Positions 24,327-34,257 of a DNA stretch of 37,442 nt are shown here, in pieces; the stretch's first letter is position 1; each line of letters starts with the position of its first letter. Source of the DNA: Entomomonas sp. (GTDB lineage: Bacteria; Pseudomonadota; Gammaproteobacteria; Pseudomonadales; Pseudomonadaceae); assembly GCA_040391985.1 (NCBI GenBank), contig JBEBWU010000001.1, positions 1 through 37,442 of the forward strand, written 5' to 3'. The position numbers and the translations under genes are program-made. The notes beneath the pieces were generated by a model. That model worked only from the letters and a program-made list of their open reading frames with translations. It had not been told where the DNA came from and searched no databases.

Positions 24327-27300
24327 ATGAATTTTTAGATGTTAATCCTGATGATTTAAAAACCGCGCTAGCTAATAACAGCAGCACCTTAACCGATGAA
24401 GAACAGCAGCTTGCAAAAAATAGCAAGTACCGTTCTTTAGTGGTTGAAGATATTAGGGCGCAACGTAAACAAGAGAATCAACTATTAGCGGCTGAACAAC
24501 AAAAACAAGCCGATGCTGATTATCGCAATAACTTATTCCCTAAGTTTGACACTGAAACAGAGCGACCCATCGCTACCATAAAAAAAGAAGAAGAACAGCT
24601 ACGCCAAGAAACAGCGAGCCAACAGTTTTCTGAGGGAGTGGCCGAGTATGGTCAAGCATTAGGGCCTGACTATCAACAGCTAATTACTAACCAAGTAGCA
24701 CGGGAAAGAGTCGGAAGAACCTTTGATTTATTAGCGGCTGAAAATAGAACACCTGAACAGTGGAAAGAATTATTTGATATAGCCAAAATAACAGGGGCTA
24801 AACCGTCTTTTATACTAAGGGCCACAGGGGAAGATCAAGCCAAAATAAACCAGCTGGTAAAAGAAAGATCATTTAAATTAGCGGATTTAGACACGCCTAT
24901 TGTCTTTGATATTTTTACCGATAAACGTATACATGCATTAGCCAGCGATAGCATTCAAAATATGCAAGTGGTAGAGGATAGGCTATCAAGACAAAGACTG
25001 GTAACAGAACAAGCAAAACAAGCACGGATTCAGTCCAATAATCTATACGATAACTTTAGGTATGGACAGCTACAATTAGAGACATTACTACAAGCGGTAT
25101 CCTTTTGGGGAATGGATAAACTAGATGCTGACCCACAACGTCAAAGCCGACGCGATTGGCAATTACTAAGTTTAGCGCAACAAGCCGAAGAAAGTCCGCA
25201 CGATTTACGACTTGGTAAATTTATAGAAGAATACGACAATAATGGTTTAGGGGCAGCCTTATATTATGGTTTAAGCAATCCCACCATAGGCAGCAGTATT
25301 TTAGCACAAGCATTGCCGTCGATTGGTGCAGGTGGCCCTTTTGGTAAAGGTGTCACCTCGATAGGTGGCAGATTAGCACAAGGAAGAATAGCTAATTTAG
25401 CAGTACGTGAATGGGCGGTTAAAGCTGGTAATGTTGGGGGTGTTGGCTTTTTTTCTACCGCTAGTATGGGGTATCCAGTTAGTTTAGTACAGGGCTTTGA
25501 AAAAACAGGCGATATAAAACAAGCATTAAGCAGAGCCAAAACACAAACGTCCATAGATTCAGCTTTTGGTTTTTTAAGTGGAACACTGCCAGCACCTGCT
25601 ATGCTAACGAATCGTTTTAGTGGTCGTTTGGGGAATATATTATATGTGGGTACAGAGTCAACCGCGCAAGGGATAGGTAGTGCAGGTGGTGCTTATTATT
25701 CAGCAAAAGCGGTAGGTGATGAAATAACAGGCGGTGAAATTTTTGCTAACTTTGCATTAGGCTATATTACAGCACCTTTAGATTTATCTGTTGCTAGTTT
25801 ATCAAATGGCAAAAACTTTGATTTTACCACGCGCTCAAATTTAGAAACGACCAGAGCCGTAGCTGATGAAATTAAAAATAGTCCTATTGCAAGCCGTGAC
25901 CCTGATACAGCCAAGCAAGTTATCGCACGTATCAAAGAACAATCCGACAGTCCTGTGCAAGACGTTTATTTGCCTGTTGAAGAATTTAACCGTTATTTTC
26001 AAGAACAAGGCATTGACCCCATCGCATTAGCTGACCAAGTAACAGGTAAGCAGGGCGCATTAGAGGAAGCATTAGCCACAGGTGCGGATTTACAAATTCC
26101 CCTAGAAAACTATTTAGTTGATATTGCTGCACGGGGCCACGATGCGGTTTTTGCTAACGAATTAAGAACGGCACCTGATGCCATGAATGCCAGAGAGCTA
26201 GCCGAGTTTGATAATACAATCAAAGAACGGGCGGAAGATATTACCAGCCAGATCAATGAGGCTGTACAAAAAGGGGCTAAGACATTACAAGATAATCGTG
26301 TTTATAACGATGTGTATGGTCAATTAGTAGGGATTAATCGAGACAAGGCCACAGCTGAAAAAGAGGCCTTAATCTATGGTTCACTGTTTAATACATTGGC
26401 CGAACGTTTAAACATTGACCCGATGGAGTTATACAACCGTTATAGTTTACAGATCAAAAGAAACTTACCTGATATTCTGACCCAAGCAAGAAACTCAGAT
26501 AATTTAGATTTATTAATTAATCGTTTAAGAAGTGGCGATATACCAAGCGAAACATCAGCCAGAGGTAAAACACTGTTTCAACGCATTAAAGAGCTTGGCG
26601 GTATTAGAGACGAGGGCGGTGAGTTAGCCAATAGAGATATTGATAAAGGTAAGAAAGGCAAGGCCAGAATAACCAATAATAAAACAGGTAAGTCGTTAGA
26701 TGATATTGCTAGCCAATTGGCTAGAGAGGGTTATCTATTTGACCAAGAAACCAACTTGGCAGATATTGCCGAAATGGATAAACGCTATACAGGCGTTGAT
26801 CTTGTTAATATTCTACTGGATAAAATAGATGCAGAATCTAGGGGTGAATTACAATACTCACCTTTAACAATGAATGATGATCTATTTAGTATTAGGCAAC
26901 AACTAACAGAGTTAAGTGATCTAGTTGATCGACAAGGCTTAGATTTAAATAACCTAACCAATCAACAGGTCAAAGACTTATTACTGAATGACAGCCAACG
27001 TTACAACCAAGAAGATACTAAGCTATCTGCTATCCATAATCTTGACCAATCTAATTTAGCCTATGCGGATAACTTAGGCGGTTTAGCTGTGCCGTCAATT
27101 GGAATTGTTACCCGTGATAAGGGGGCAGTTGCTGGCTTTGGTGATGTTACCCTAATAGGTACTAGAAACTTAGCAGACCCTAGACAAGTACCAGCCTATA
27201 GTAGCGACGCTTATAGTCCGCGCTTTCCCCGTGAAGAATTTGAACCTATTAAAAATGCTAAACGGTTAGAGTCTATTGTTAGTGATATTGAACCAGAAGC

Positions 27301-30300
27301 CATAAGAACAGGCGATGATAGAGTTGTTGGTAGTACGTGGGATTACCTGCAAAGTGGAGATTTTAGAGAAAATGTTTTTCGATGGGAAAACTCACCAGCT
27401 ATTAAATCTTTGTTCTTAAAAGAGCAGGGTGTTGAGGTAAAACCTGCTTATAAAGAGCCAACATTTCAGACAGGTTTAAACAGAAACGAGATCACTAAAG
27501 CATCTAAATTAAATGATGATCTTAGTAAGATAATAGAGGTAGATGAATATTTTAGTAATAATGCTGAGGCGTTTGTTAATGAAAAAATAAAGCCATTAAT
27601 TGAAAAGTCTTTAGATCGTCGCTATTCAGATCGACCAGAGTTATTAAGTAAATTTAAAGAAAAGTTAATAAAAGAAGATGCTTATTCGCTTCTTCAAAAA
27701 ATCAGAGGTGATATTAAAAAACTCGATAACCTAATTGGTAACAAAGAAATTGATACAGAGGCAACCGTTAAGCGTATTGATAGCAAACTCAATAAACAAA
27801 AGGCTGATTTTGAGCAATGGGTTAATAATAAATTACGTGCTATTTATGGTGAGCCATTTGTTAAGTTAGGTAATAAAAAAGTACCTTTTAACCTTGATAA
27901 TGTGGTTAAAGCCATGACCAGAGGCAGCGTTAAAGGGGCAGAGCAAACAATGGGTTTCGGTACTGGTAAAGCCAAAGCACAAACCAGTACCAAGTTTAAC
28001 AGCCTTAAACAAATGCGTGAAGCGGCTAAACGTTATATTGAGTCGCCAGCTGAGTATGAAAAGGCAGTAGCAGAAGCCGAAAAGGTGCAAGATCAATATC
28101 GAGAGGTATTAAGTAAATTTAGCAAAATGACTAATATATTTGATGCGTTCGATGATGCGACTCAAGCAATGGCCGATATTGCAACACGTGGCAATTATTC
28201 AGAGACAGCCATTAAATCAATCTTAGAAAAAAATTATTTTGATACCGCTAAACTTGAACAAGCGATTAAGTCAGGAGAGGTTAAGGACTTTTATAAACTG
28301 GCCGAAAATGCTGCACGTTCTTTATTAGAGACACCAGTCCCTTACTTTGAAAGCAAGCCACAGCGAGCCGTAGGATTAGATGAATTTGCTGGTGCAGTTA
28401 TTCCAGATAATGCCAGCAAGCAAACAATCGATATTTTAAAGAAAAATAACATACCCTATGTTAAATATAAAAAGGGCGAGGCTGGCAGTCGTGAAAATAC
28501 AGTTAGACAGTTTACAGAACAGCTATCAAATAAAGGTTTAGATACTTTATTCCAAAAACAAAACGACCAAGTGCGCGGTTTTATTGATATAGCCAAAGAT
28601 GGTAGTGTCAGAATTAACCTAACTGAAAATGCTAACCTGTCAACGTTCCTCCATGAAACAGGGCATTTTTTCCTTAATGTGATTGGTGATATTGAGAAAG
28701 TACCCCAAGCAGGGGCAGACGTTAAGGAAATGGCTAGCGTTATCAAAAAATGGTTAAAAGCCGATGACCTTAATAGTTTAACCGTAGCACAACATGAAAA
28801 ATTTGCGCGTGGTTTTGAAGCCTATTTATTTGAGGGTAAAGCACCCACCATAGAATTACAAGGGGCTTTCTCACGGTTTAAAGCATGGTTAACACAAGTA
28901 TACAAAATCATTAAAAACCTTAATGTTAAGTTAAATGATGATGTGCGTCGTGTGTTTGATCGTATGCTAGCCACTGATGACGCAATAGAAGTCGCTAAAG
29001 CACCTTACAATGAATTGTTTACCACAGCCGAACAAATGGGTGTTACTCCTGAAGAATTTGCGGTCTATCGTGAAACAGCTGAAAAGGCCAGCGTAGAAGC
29101 TAAAGACAAACTACTCAGTGATTCACTAAAAGAGATCAAGCGCGAAACCGAAAGCTGGTGGAACGATGAAAAAGCAAAACTAAAAGAACAAGTAACCCAA
29201 GAAGTAAATAACCAACCTGTTTATAGAGTACAGGACTATTTAAGGAAAGGGATACAAACGGATGGCGTACAAGGTGAACCTGTTAAATTAAACCGTGATG
29301 TGCTTATTCAGCGTTACGGTAAAGGCATAGTTAAAGACCTTAAGGGTCTAACCGCGAAAGAGGGTGTTAACCCTGAATCTGTTTCTATGATGTGGGGCTA
29401 TTCATCGAGTGATGAAATGGTTAAAGCGTTGCAATCTGCACCTGATAGAAACGCCCTAATCAATGCTGAAACCGATGTACGTATGCGTGAAATTTATGGC
29501 GATATTCTAAACGATGGAACAATGTCAGCTAAAGCTATCCATGCTTTTGAAGATAACGCCAACAGAGCCAAAGTCATTAGGGCCGAATTAGCGGCTATTG
29601 AAAAATTACGCAAGGCAGCCGAACAAGTATCAACCATTAGAGAACGTAACGATAGAGCGGCTAGTCGTGACGCATTGGATGCTATTCCTAGCAATACCCT
29701 ATTACGGGATGTAGCACAGCGTACCATTGGCGATACTAAGCTAATGAATATAAACCCTAACCTTTATCTGCAAGCGTCCAGAAAAGCCAGTAGGGAAGCC
29801 GTAGCCTATGCTCGTAATAAAGACTGGTATAATGTTTCACTGTCTAAACAAAAAGAGTTAATTAATCATTTTCTGTATTTAGAAGCCAGCAAAGCCAGGC
29901 AAACAGAAGCCAAGATATTTAACTACTTTAACAAGTTTGATAAAAAAGCTACCCGTGAACGGATTGGTAAAGCAGAGGGCGGTCACTTAGAACAGATCGA
30001 CGCACTGCTTGCTGATTATGAATTTAAACGTGTTAGCAACAGAGCCATAGCCAGAAGAAAAAGCCTAGCTAGTTATGTGGCAGAGCAACAAGCACAGGGT
30101 AATATTGTCGCTATAGATCAGGCGATTATTGATAATGCCAACGTGGTTAATTATCGTGAGCTTACCTATGAGCAATTGCAAGCCTTACGCGATGCTGTTA
30201 AAAATATTGAAACCATTGCTAGCTTAAAAAATAAATTAATCTCAGCACAAGGAAAGCGTGATCTACAGGAAACTAAAGACGCACTAATTAGCCAGCTGAA

Positions 30301-32293
30301 CAGTACCGTTAAGGAGGCGGCCAGAGTTAAACCACTGTCTAAAAGTAGCCGTACAAACACAGAAGTGTTTAAAGACATGGGTAGCAAAATAGATGCCTCG
30401 CTAATCCGTATGGAACACTTAATTAGCAACCTAGATCGTGGTGATGTTGACGGGATTTTTCATCAAGTATTTTGGAATCCTTTAGCTGATGCACAAGCCA
30501 ATGAAAAAGCCATGTTTAAGGCTGATATGCTGGATATTATGCAAAAGGCTGATGTATTAGAGGGCCTTAATGATACCCACTATATCAATTCATTAGGTCG
30601 CTCATTCGCTACCCGTGAATTGATAATGATCGCTTTAAATACAGGTAATGAATCCAATAAAGCAAAATTATTAAAAGGCGGTATAGATGGCTTACAACTA
30701 CAACCTGCACAGCTGGCCGATATACTTGCACCATTAACCAAAGATAAATGGGATTTTGTGCAAGAAGTATGGAACAAGTTTGATAATCGTTGGCCTGATA
30801 TTGCGGCCATGTATAAACGACTTTCGGGTGTAGAGCCACCAGCCATAGAAGCCACCCCAATCAATACCCAATACGGGGAATATAAAGGCGGTTATTTTCC
30901 TATTATTTACGACAGATCAAGACAAAATGCACCTGATGCGTTTCTTGGTGGTGAGCTATTTAATGGTGATTTTGAGGGTGCGCTACCTAGTAATGGCTTT
31001 ACTAATGCCCGTAACGACAACGTAACAGGCCCATTAAAACTAGAAATTGAATCCATTAGTCAACACATGATGATGCAGATTCACGACCTAACCCATAGAG
31101 AGGCCTTACAAAATGCTTACCGTTTAGCTAAAGACCGCGATATTAGAAACGCTTTAATTAAAAAGTTAGGCAGTGAGCAAGCCGATTTATTTATTAACTG
31201 GTTAAAAAATATTGCTAATGATGCTAACCCTGCTGGCGGTGGTGTAGGTAGTCGCTTAATTAATGCAGTAAGAAATAATACTAGCGTGGTTGGCTTGGGC
31301 TTTTCTACGACTACCATGTTGGCGCAAATTGGCGGTGTTGTACCTGTTATTCGTTATGCTGGTGCTAAAGACTTTGCAGGTGGCTTAATTCAATTAATGC
31401 AACACCCATTAGACACACCACGCTTTATTATGGAAAACTCGCCAGCCATGCGTGCCCGTTGGGATACAACGCAATCAAGAATAGAGGCGAGTTTTGACAG
31501 ACTCAAAGGTAAAAACGAATTTTTCAGACAGAAAGAACGGGTAGTTAGATTTGCTTTTGATCTACTCAATTATATTGATCGTTATGTAACTGGGGCTGGC
31601 TGGATGGCCGCCTACAATAGAGCCATAAGAGAGGGCAAAAGTACAGAGGTAGCCGTTCGTGCAGGTGATGCGGTTGTCAGAAAATCACAGGGCGGTTTTG
31701 GTGCGATGGATAGGGCCGCCATTCAATACGGTGACGATGGTAAAGTCATGGCCATGTTTACCATGTTCTATACACCATTTTCAGCATTCTATAATCAAGG
31801 CAGGGATTTACATTTTGAAGTCAGAAACGGCATAACCAGCAAGTCAAAAGCGGCCGCTATTATTTTAGCGACAGCGTTCTTTCAGGGTGTTATTGGTGAT
31901 CTGCTAACAGGTCAGGGGCCAGATGATGACGAAAATACCCTAGCATGGATGGGTAAAAGCACATTAGGCTTTGGTACGTCAGGCTTTCCTATTGTTCGTG
32001 ATGTGGTCAGTGCATGGACGGGTGGCCGTGTTTATTCCTTATCGCCATTAGCTCAGACCATTAACAAAGTGACCAGCCTACCAACTACCGTCAAAGGATT
32101 GGCAGAAGGTAAAGAGGGCAAAGGTAAGCAAGTAATTGAAGCTGGCGGTTTAGTTTTAGGTGTACCCGTTAAACCATTAACCCGACAAGGCGATGCTTTT
32201 TATCAAATGGCTACTGGTGAATATGACCCTAAAGATGCTGGCGGTTTTGTGAAAGCGTTAATTTATGGTGTACGTAAAAAGGATAAAGAGTAA
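24323..32293 (+). CDS. Giant internal virion / ejection protein (2656 aa), polyvalent type, with a zincin metallopeptidase motif
   Basis: T7 gp16 position; STFLHETGHFF...HEKFARGFEAYL; Gly-rich hydrophobic segments at both ends; central inserted domain. Confidence 0.85.
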   Translation: MNEFLDVNPDDLKTALANNSSTLTDEEQQLAKNSKYRSLVVEDIRAQRKQENQLLAAEQQKQADADYRNNLFPKFDTETERPIATIKKEEEQLRQETASQQFSEGVAEYGQALGPDYQQLITNQVARERVGRTFDLLAAENRTPEQWKELFDIAKITGAKPSFILRATGEDQAKINQLVKERSFKLADLDTPIVFDIFTDKRIHALASDSIQNMQVVEDRLSRQRLVTEQAKQARIQSNNLYDNFRYGQLQLETLLQAVSFWGMDKLDADPQRQSRRDWQLLSLAQQAEESPHDLRLGKFIEEYDNNGLGAALYYGLSNPTIGSSILAQALPSIGAGGPFGKGVTSIGGRLAQGRIANLAVREWAVKAGNVGGVGFFSTASMGYPVSLVQGFEKTGDIKQALSRAKTQTSIDSAFGFLSGTLPAPAMLTNRFSGRLGNILYVGTESTAQGIGSAGGAYYSAKAVGDEITGGEIFANFALGYITAPLDLSVASLSNGKNFDFTTRSNLETTRAVADEIKNSPIASRDPDTAKQVIARIKEQSDSPVQDVYLPVEEFNRYFQEQGIDPIALADQVTGKQGALEEALATGADLQIPLENYLVDIAARGHDAVFANELRTAPDAMNARELAEFDNTIKERAEDITSQINEAVQKGAKTLQDNRVYNDVYGQLVGINRDKATAEKEALIYGSLFNTLAERLNIDPMELYNRYSLQIKRNLPDILTQARNSDNLDLLINRLRSGDIPSETSARGKTLFQRIKELGGIRDEGGELANRDIDKGKKGKARITNNKTGKSLDDIASQLAREGYLFDQETNLADIAEMDKRYTGVDLVNILLDKIDAESRGELQYSPLTMNDDLFSIRQQLTELSDLVDRQGLDLNNLTNQQVKDLLLNDSQRYNQEDTKLSAIHNLDQSNLAYADNLGGLAVPSIGIVTRDKGAVAGFGDVTLIGTRNLADPRQVPAYSSDAYSPRFPREEFEPIKNAKRLESIVSDIEPEAIRTGDDRVVGSTWDYLQSGDFRENVFRWENSPAIKSLFLKEQGVEVKPAYKEPTFQTGLNRNEITKASKLNDDLSKIIEVDEYFSNNAEAFVNEKIKPLIEKSLDRRYSDRPELLSKFKEKLIKEDAYSLLQKIRGDIKKLDNLIGNKEIDTEATVKRIDSKLNKQKADFEQWVNNKLRAIYGEPFVKLGNKKVPFNLDNVVKAMTRGSVKGAEQTMGFGTGKAKAQTSTKFNSLKQMREAAKRYIESPAEYEKAVAEAEKVQDQYREVLSKFSKMTNIFDAFDDATQAMADIATRGNYSETAIKSILEKNYFDTAKLEQAIKSGEVKDFYKLAENAARSLLETPVPYFESKPQRAVGLDEFAGAVIPDNASKQTIDILKKNNIPYVKYKKGEAGSRENTVRQFTEQLSNKGLDTLFQKQNDQVRGFIDIAKDGSVRINLTENANLSTFLHETGHFFLNVIGDIEKVPQAGADVKEMASVIKKWLKADDLNSLTVAQHEKFARGFEAYLFEGKAPTIELQGAFSRFKAWLTQVYKIIKNLNVKLNDDVRRVFDRMLATDDAIEVAKAPYNELFTTAEQMGVTPEEFAVYRETAEKASVEAKDKLLSDSLKEIKRETESWWNDEKAKLKEQVTQEVNNQPVYRVQDYLRKGIQTDGVQGEPVKLNRDVLIQRYGKGIVKDLKGLTAKEGVNPESVSMMWGYSSSDEMVKALQSAPDRNALINAETDVRMREIYGDILNDGTMSAKAIHAFEDNANRAKVIRAELAAIEKLRKAAEQVSTIRERNDRAASRDALDAIPSNTLLRDVAQRTIGDTKLMNINPNLYLQASRKASREAVAYARNKDWYNVSLSKQKELINHFLYLEASKARQTEAKIFNYFNKFDKKATRERIGKAEGGHLEQIDALLADYEFKRVSNRAIARRKSLASYVAEQQAQGNIVAIDQAIIDNANVVNYRELTYEQLQALRDAVKNIETIASLKNKLISAQGKRDLQETKDALISQLNSTVKEAARVKPLSKSSRTNTEVFKDMGSKIDASLIRMEHLISNLDRGDVDGIFHQVFWNPLADAQANEKAMFKADMLDIMQKADVLEGLNDTHYINSLGRSFATRELIMIALNTGNESNKAKLLKGGIDGLQLQPAQLADILAPLTKDKWDFVQEVWNKFDNRWPDIAAMYKRLSGVEPPAIEATPINTQYGEYKGGYFPIIYDRSRQNAPDAFLGGELFNGDFEGALPSNGFTNARNDNVTGPLKLEIESISQHMMMQIHDLTHREALQNAYRLAKDRDIRNALIKKLGSEQADLFINWLKNIANDANPAGGGVGSRLINAVRNNTSVVGLGFSTTTMLAQIGGVVPVIRYAGAKDFAGGLIQLMQHPLDTPRFIMENSPAMRARWDTTQSRIEASFDRLKGKNEFFRQKERVVRFAFDLLNYIDRYVTGAGWMAAYNRAIREGKSTEVAVRAGDAVVRKSQGGFGAMDRAAIQYGDDGKVMAMFTMFYTPFSAFYNQGRDLHFEVRNGITSKSKAAAIILATAFFQGVIGDLLTGQGPDDDENTLAWMGKSTLGFGTSGFPIVRDVVSAWTGGRVYSLSPLAQTINKVTSLPTTVKGLAEGKEGKGKQVIEAGGLVLGVPVKPLTRQGDAFYQMATGEYDPKDAGGFVKALIYGVRKKDKE

Positions 32294-32631
32294 TGAATGA
32301 TAAACAGTTAAAAGAGCTTAAAAAATTATTAGATTACTCTTTTGAAGCGGTCAAGATAGATTGCGACGCTAGGAATTGGAATGGTCATGGTAAAAAACCC
32401 GAACAAATGACCAAAGAAGAAAGAGGGGGTAGATACTTTGATATGAAAAATGCGGATAAATCTATTTCTATCTATGCCAGATTAACCAATATTATTGATG
32501 CCCACGAAAAACCAGTACAAGGTAATACTAAACCAGATGATAGTTTAAAAGATGAAACCGCAGCAGTAACCAAAGAAGCAGCTAAACATTTAAAGCGGTT
32601 AGGTCTTGATGACAATGGCAAATACCATTAA
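32293..32631 (+). CDS. Probable terminase small subunit
   Basis: 112-aa gene directly upstream of and overlapping terL; assignment mainly positional. Confidence 0.6.
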   Translation: MNDKQLKELKKLLDYSFEAVKIDCDARNWNGHGKKPEQMTKEERGGRYFDMKNADKSISIYARLTNIIDAHEKPVQGNTKPDDSLKDETAAVTKEAAKHLKRLGLDDNGKYH

Positions 32632-34246
32632 AAAGAAAAAGCTATCACTGTTAGAGTTTTTTTTGATGTGGGCCAAGCGACAAGGTTGGCAAGTACCAGA
32701 CATTCATATTATTGCTTGTCACTGGTTAGAACATCGTGGAGATATAGCGGTATTGCGCTGTTTTCGTGGCTTTGGTAAAAGTACCATTTTAGCTATCTAC
32801 AATGCGTGGCGATTCTATAACGACCCCACTTATAGAATACTGCACCAATCTGAAACCGATGGAACAGCCTATAAAACTAGCCGTGATACTCAAAACGTAT
32901 TGCGTAAACACCCTTTAACTAGGCATTTACTACCACAGCGACAGGGTACAGTTGGCCAGTGGTGGGTAGATGGGGCAAAAGATAGCCGTAATGCGTCGAT
33001 GTTTTCCAGAGGTATATTATCTAATGTAACCTCAGCCCGTGCCGATGAAGTACAGAACGATGACGTAGAAGTGCCACGTAATACCCAAACAGAAGAAGCA
33101 CGGGAAAAAATGCGCGAGCGTTTAGATGAACAAACGCATATTTTAGTACCTGATGGGAAAACCTTATACGTAGGTACGCCACACACTTTCGATAGTCTCT
33201 ACGAACGCATTGAAGCAATGGGCGCGGATTGTCTTACTATTCCCATGTTTGCCCAAGAATACCGAATCAGTGTAGCCGGTGAAGAAAGCTATAAACTACC
33301 GTTTAAGGCTGAATATATTTTTTATGGTATTGGTAAAGGGGCGAAAGTATTAGAGGAAAATGTAGATTACCAGATCACAGAAGATAACACGCTAATCTTT
33401 AGCGAGCCACCTAAAGTCCTAATTGATTGCTATGCAGGTATTGCATGGCCTAATAGATTCACTATTAAAGAATTAGCAAGCCGTAGAAAGAAAACAGAAA
33501 CAATTAACAAATGGGATTCACAATATCAACTACATGCAAAACCAGTTAATGAAATTCGTTTAGACCCTGATAAATTAAAACGTTATAGCGATATACCAAA
33601 ACTTAAAACGGTTAATAAAACGGTTACCATGTGGCTAGGTAATAATCAGATCGTCGGGGCGGTGGCCTATTGGGATTGCTCACTTGGTAAAGTTAAAAGC
33701 GATGCTTCTGCATTAAGCCTAGTGTTAACCGATGCACAAGGACATTTATATTGGCAATTTGCAGAGGCCATGCTAGGCGAATTAGTAGAGTTTGGCGATG
33801 ACGATAAAGTCATTGGCGGACAGGTTAAGCAGGTTCGTGATCTTGTTCTTAAATACAATATTCCGTGTGTCGTGGTAGAAACTAACGGTGCTGGCGGTTT
33901 TGTGCCGCCTATTCTACGTAAGGCATTACAAGGTACTGGTTGCGCGGTAAGAGAGCAACACGTACTCACCAATAAACAAAGGCGTATTTTAGATGCCTTA
34001 GAGCCACCGTTAAAATCAGGTTTTCTACACGCCCACGATAATGTTTTTGATAGTCCTGTCATCGATCAAATGCGCTCATTTAATCCAGAAGCAACAAACG
34101 ACAAAGATGACTATGTAGATAGCGCAGCAGGTGCAATTCTACAAACGCCTGTACGCATTGCCAAAATTGTCGGGAACTCGGAAAGCAATCCAGATAATAA
34201 TTGGATACCTAACGGGGGAACTTATGAAGTACATACTGATTATTAG
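32615..34246 (+). CDS. terL: Terminase large subunit
   Basis: Walker A CFRGFGKST, Walker B QNDDVE, VGTPH, nuclease YWDCS / VETNGAG / DDYVDS. Start could also be 32606 or 32609. Confidence 0.93.
   Translation: MANTIKKKKLSLLEFFLMWAKRQGWQVPDIHIIACHWLEHRGDIAVLRCFRGFGKSTILAIYNAWRFYNDPTYRILHQSETDGTAYKTSRDTQNVLRKHPLTRHLLPQRQGTVGQWWVDGAKDSRNASMFSRGILSNVTSARADEVQNDDVEVPRNTQTEEAREKMRERLDEQTHILVPDGKTLYVGTPHTFDSLYERIEAMGADCLTIPMFAQEYRISVAGEESYKLPFKAEYIFYGIGKGAKVLEENVDYQITEDNTLIFSEPPKVLIDCYAGIAWPNRFTIKELASRRKKTETINKWDSQYQLHAKPVNEIRLDPDKLKRYSDIPKLKTVNKTVTMWLGNNQIVGAVAYWDCSLGKVKSDASALSLVLTDAQGHLYWQFAEAMLGELVEFGDDDKVIGGQVKQVRDLVLKYNIPCVVVETNGAGGFVPPILRKALQGTGCAVREQHVLTNKQRRILDALEPPLKSGFLHAHDNVFDSPVIDQMRSFNPEATNDKDDYVDSAAGAILQTPVRIAKIVGNSESNPDNNWIPNGGTYEVHTDY
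34168..34200 (+). promoter_or_regulatory. Putative late promoter 3 (tail fibre/lysis), inside the terL 3' end
   Basis: TGTCGGGAACTCGGAA, with TAATAA 27 nt after the motif start; 90 nt upstream of the fibre ATG. Confidence 0.55.
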
Positions 34247-34257
34247 AGGTTTAAGCC

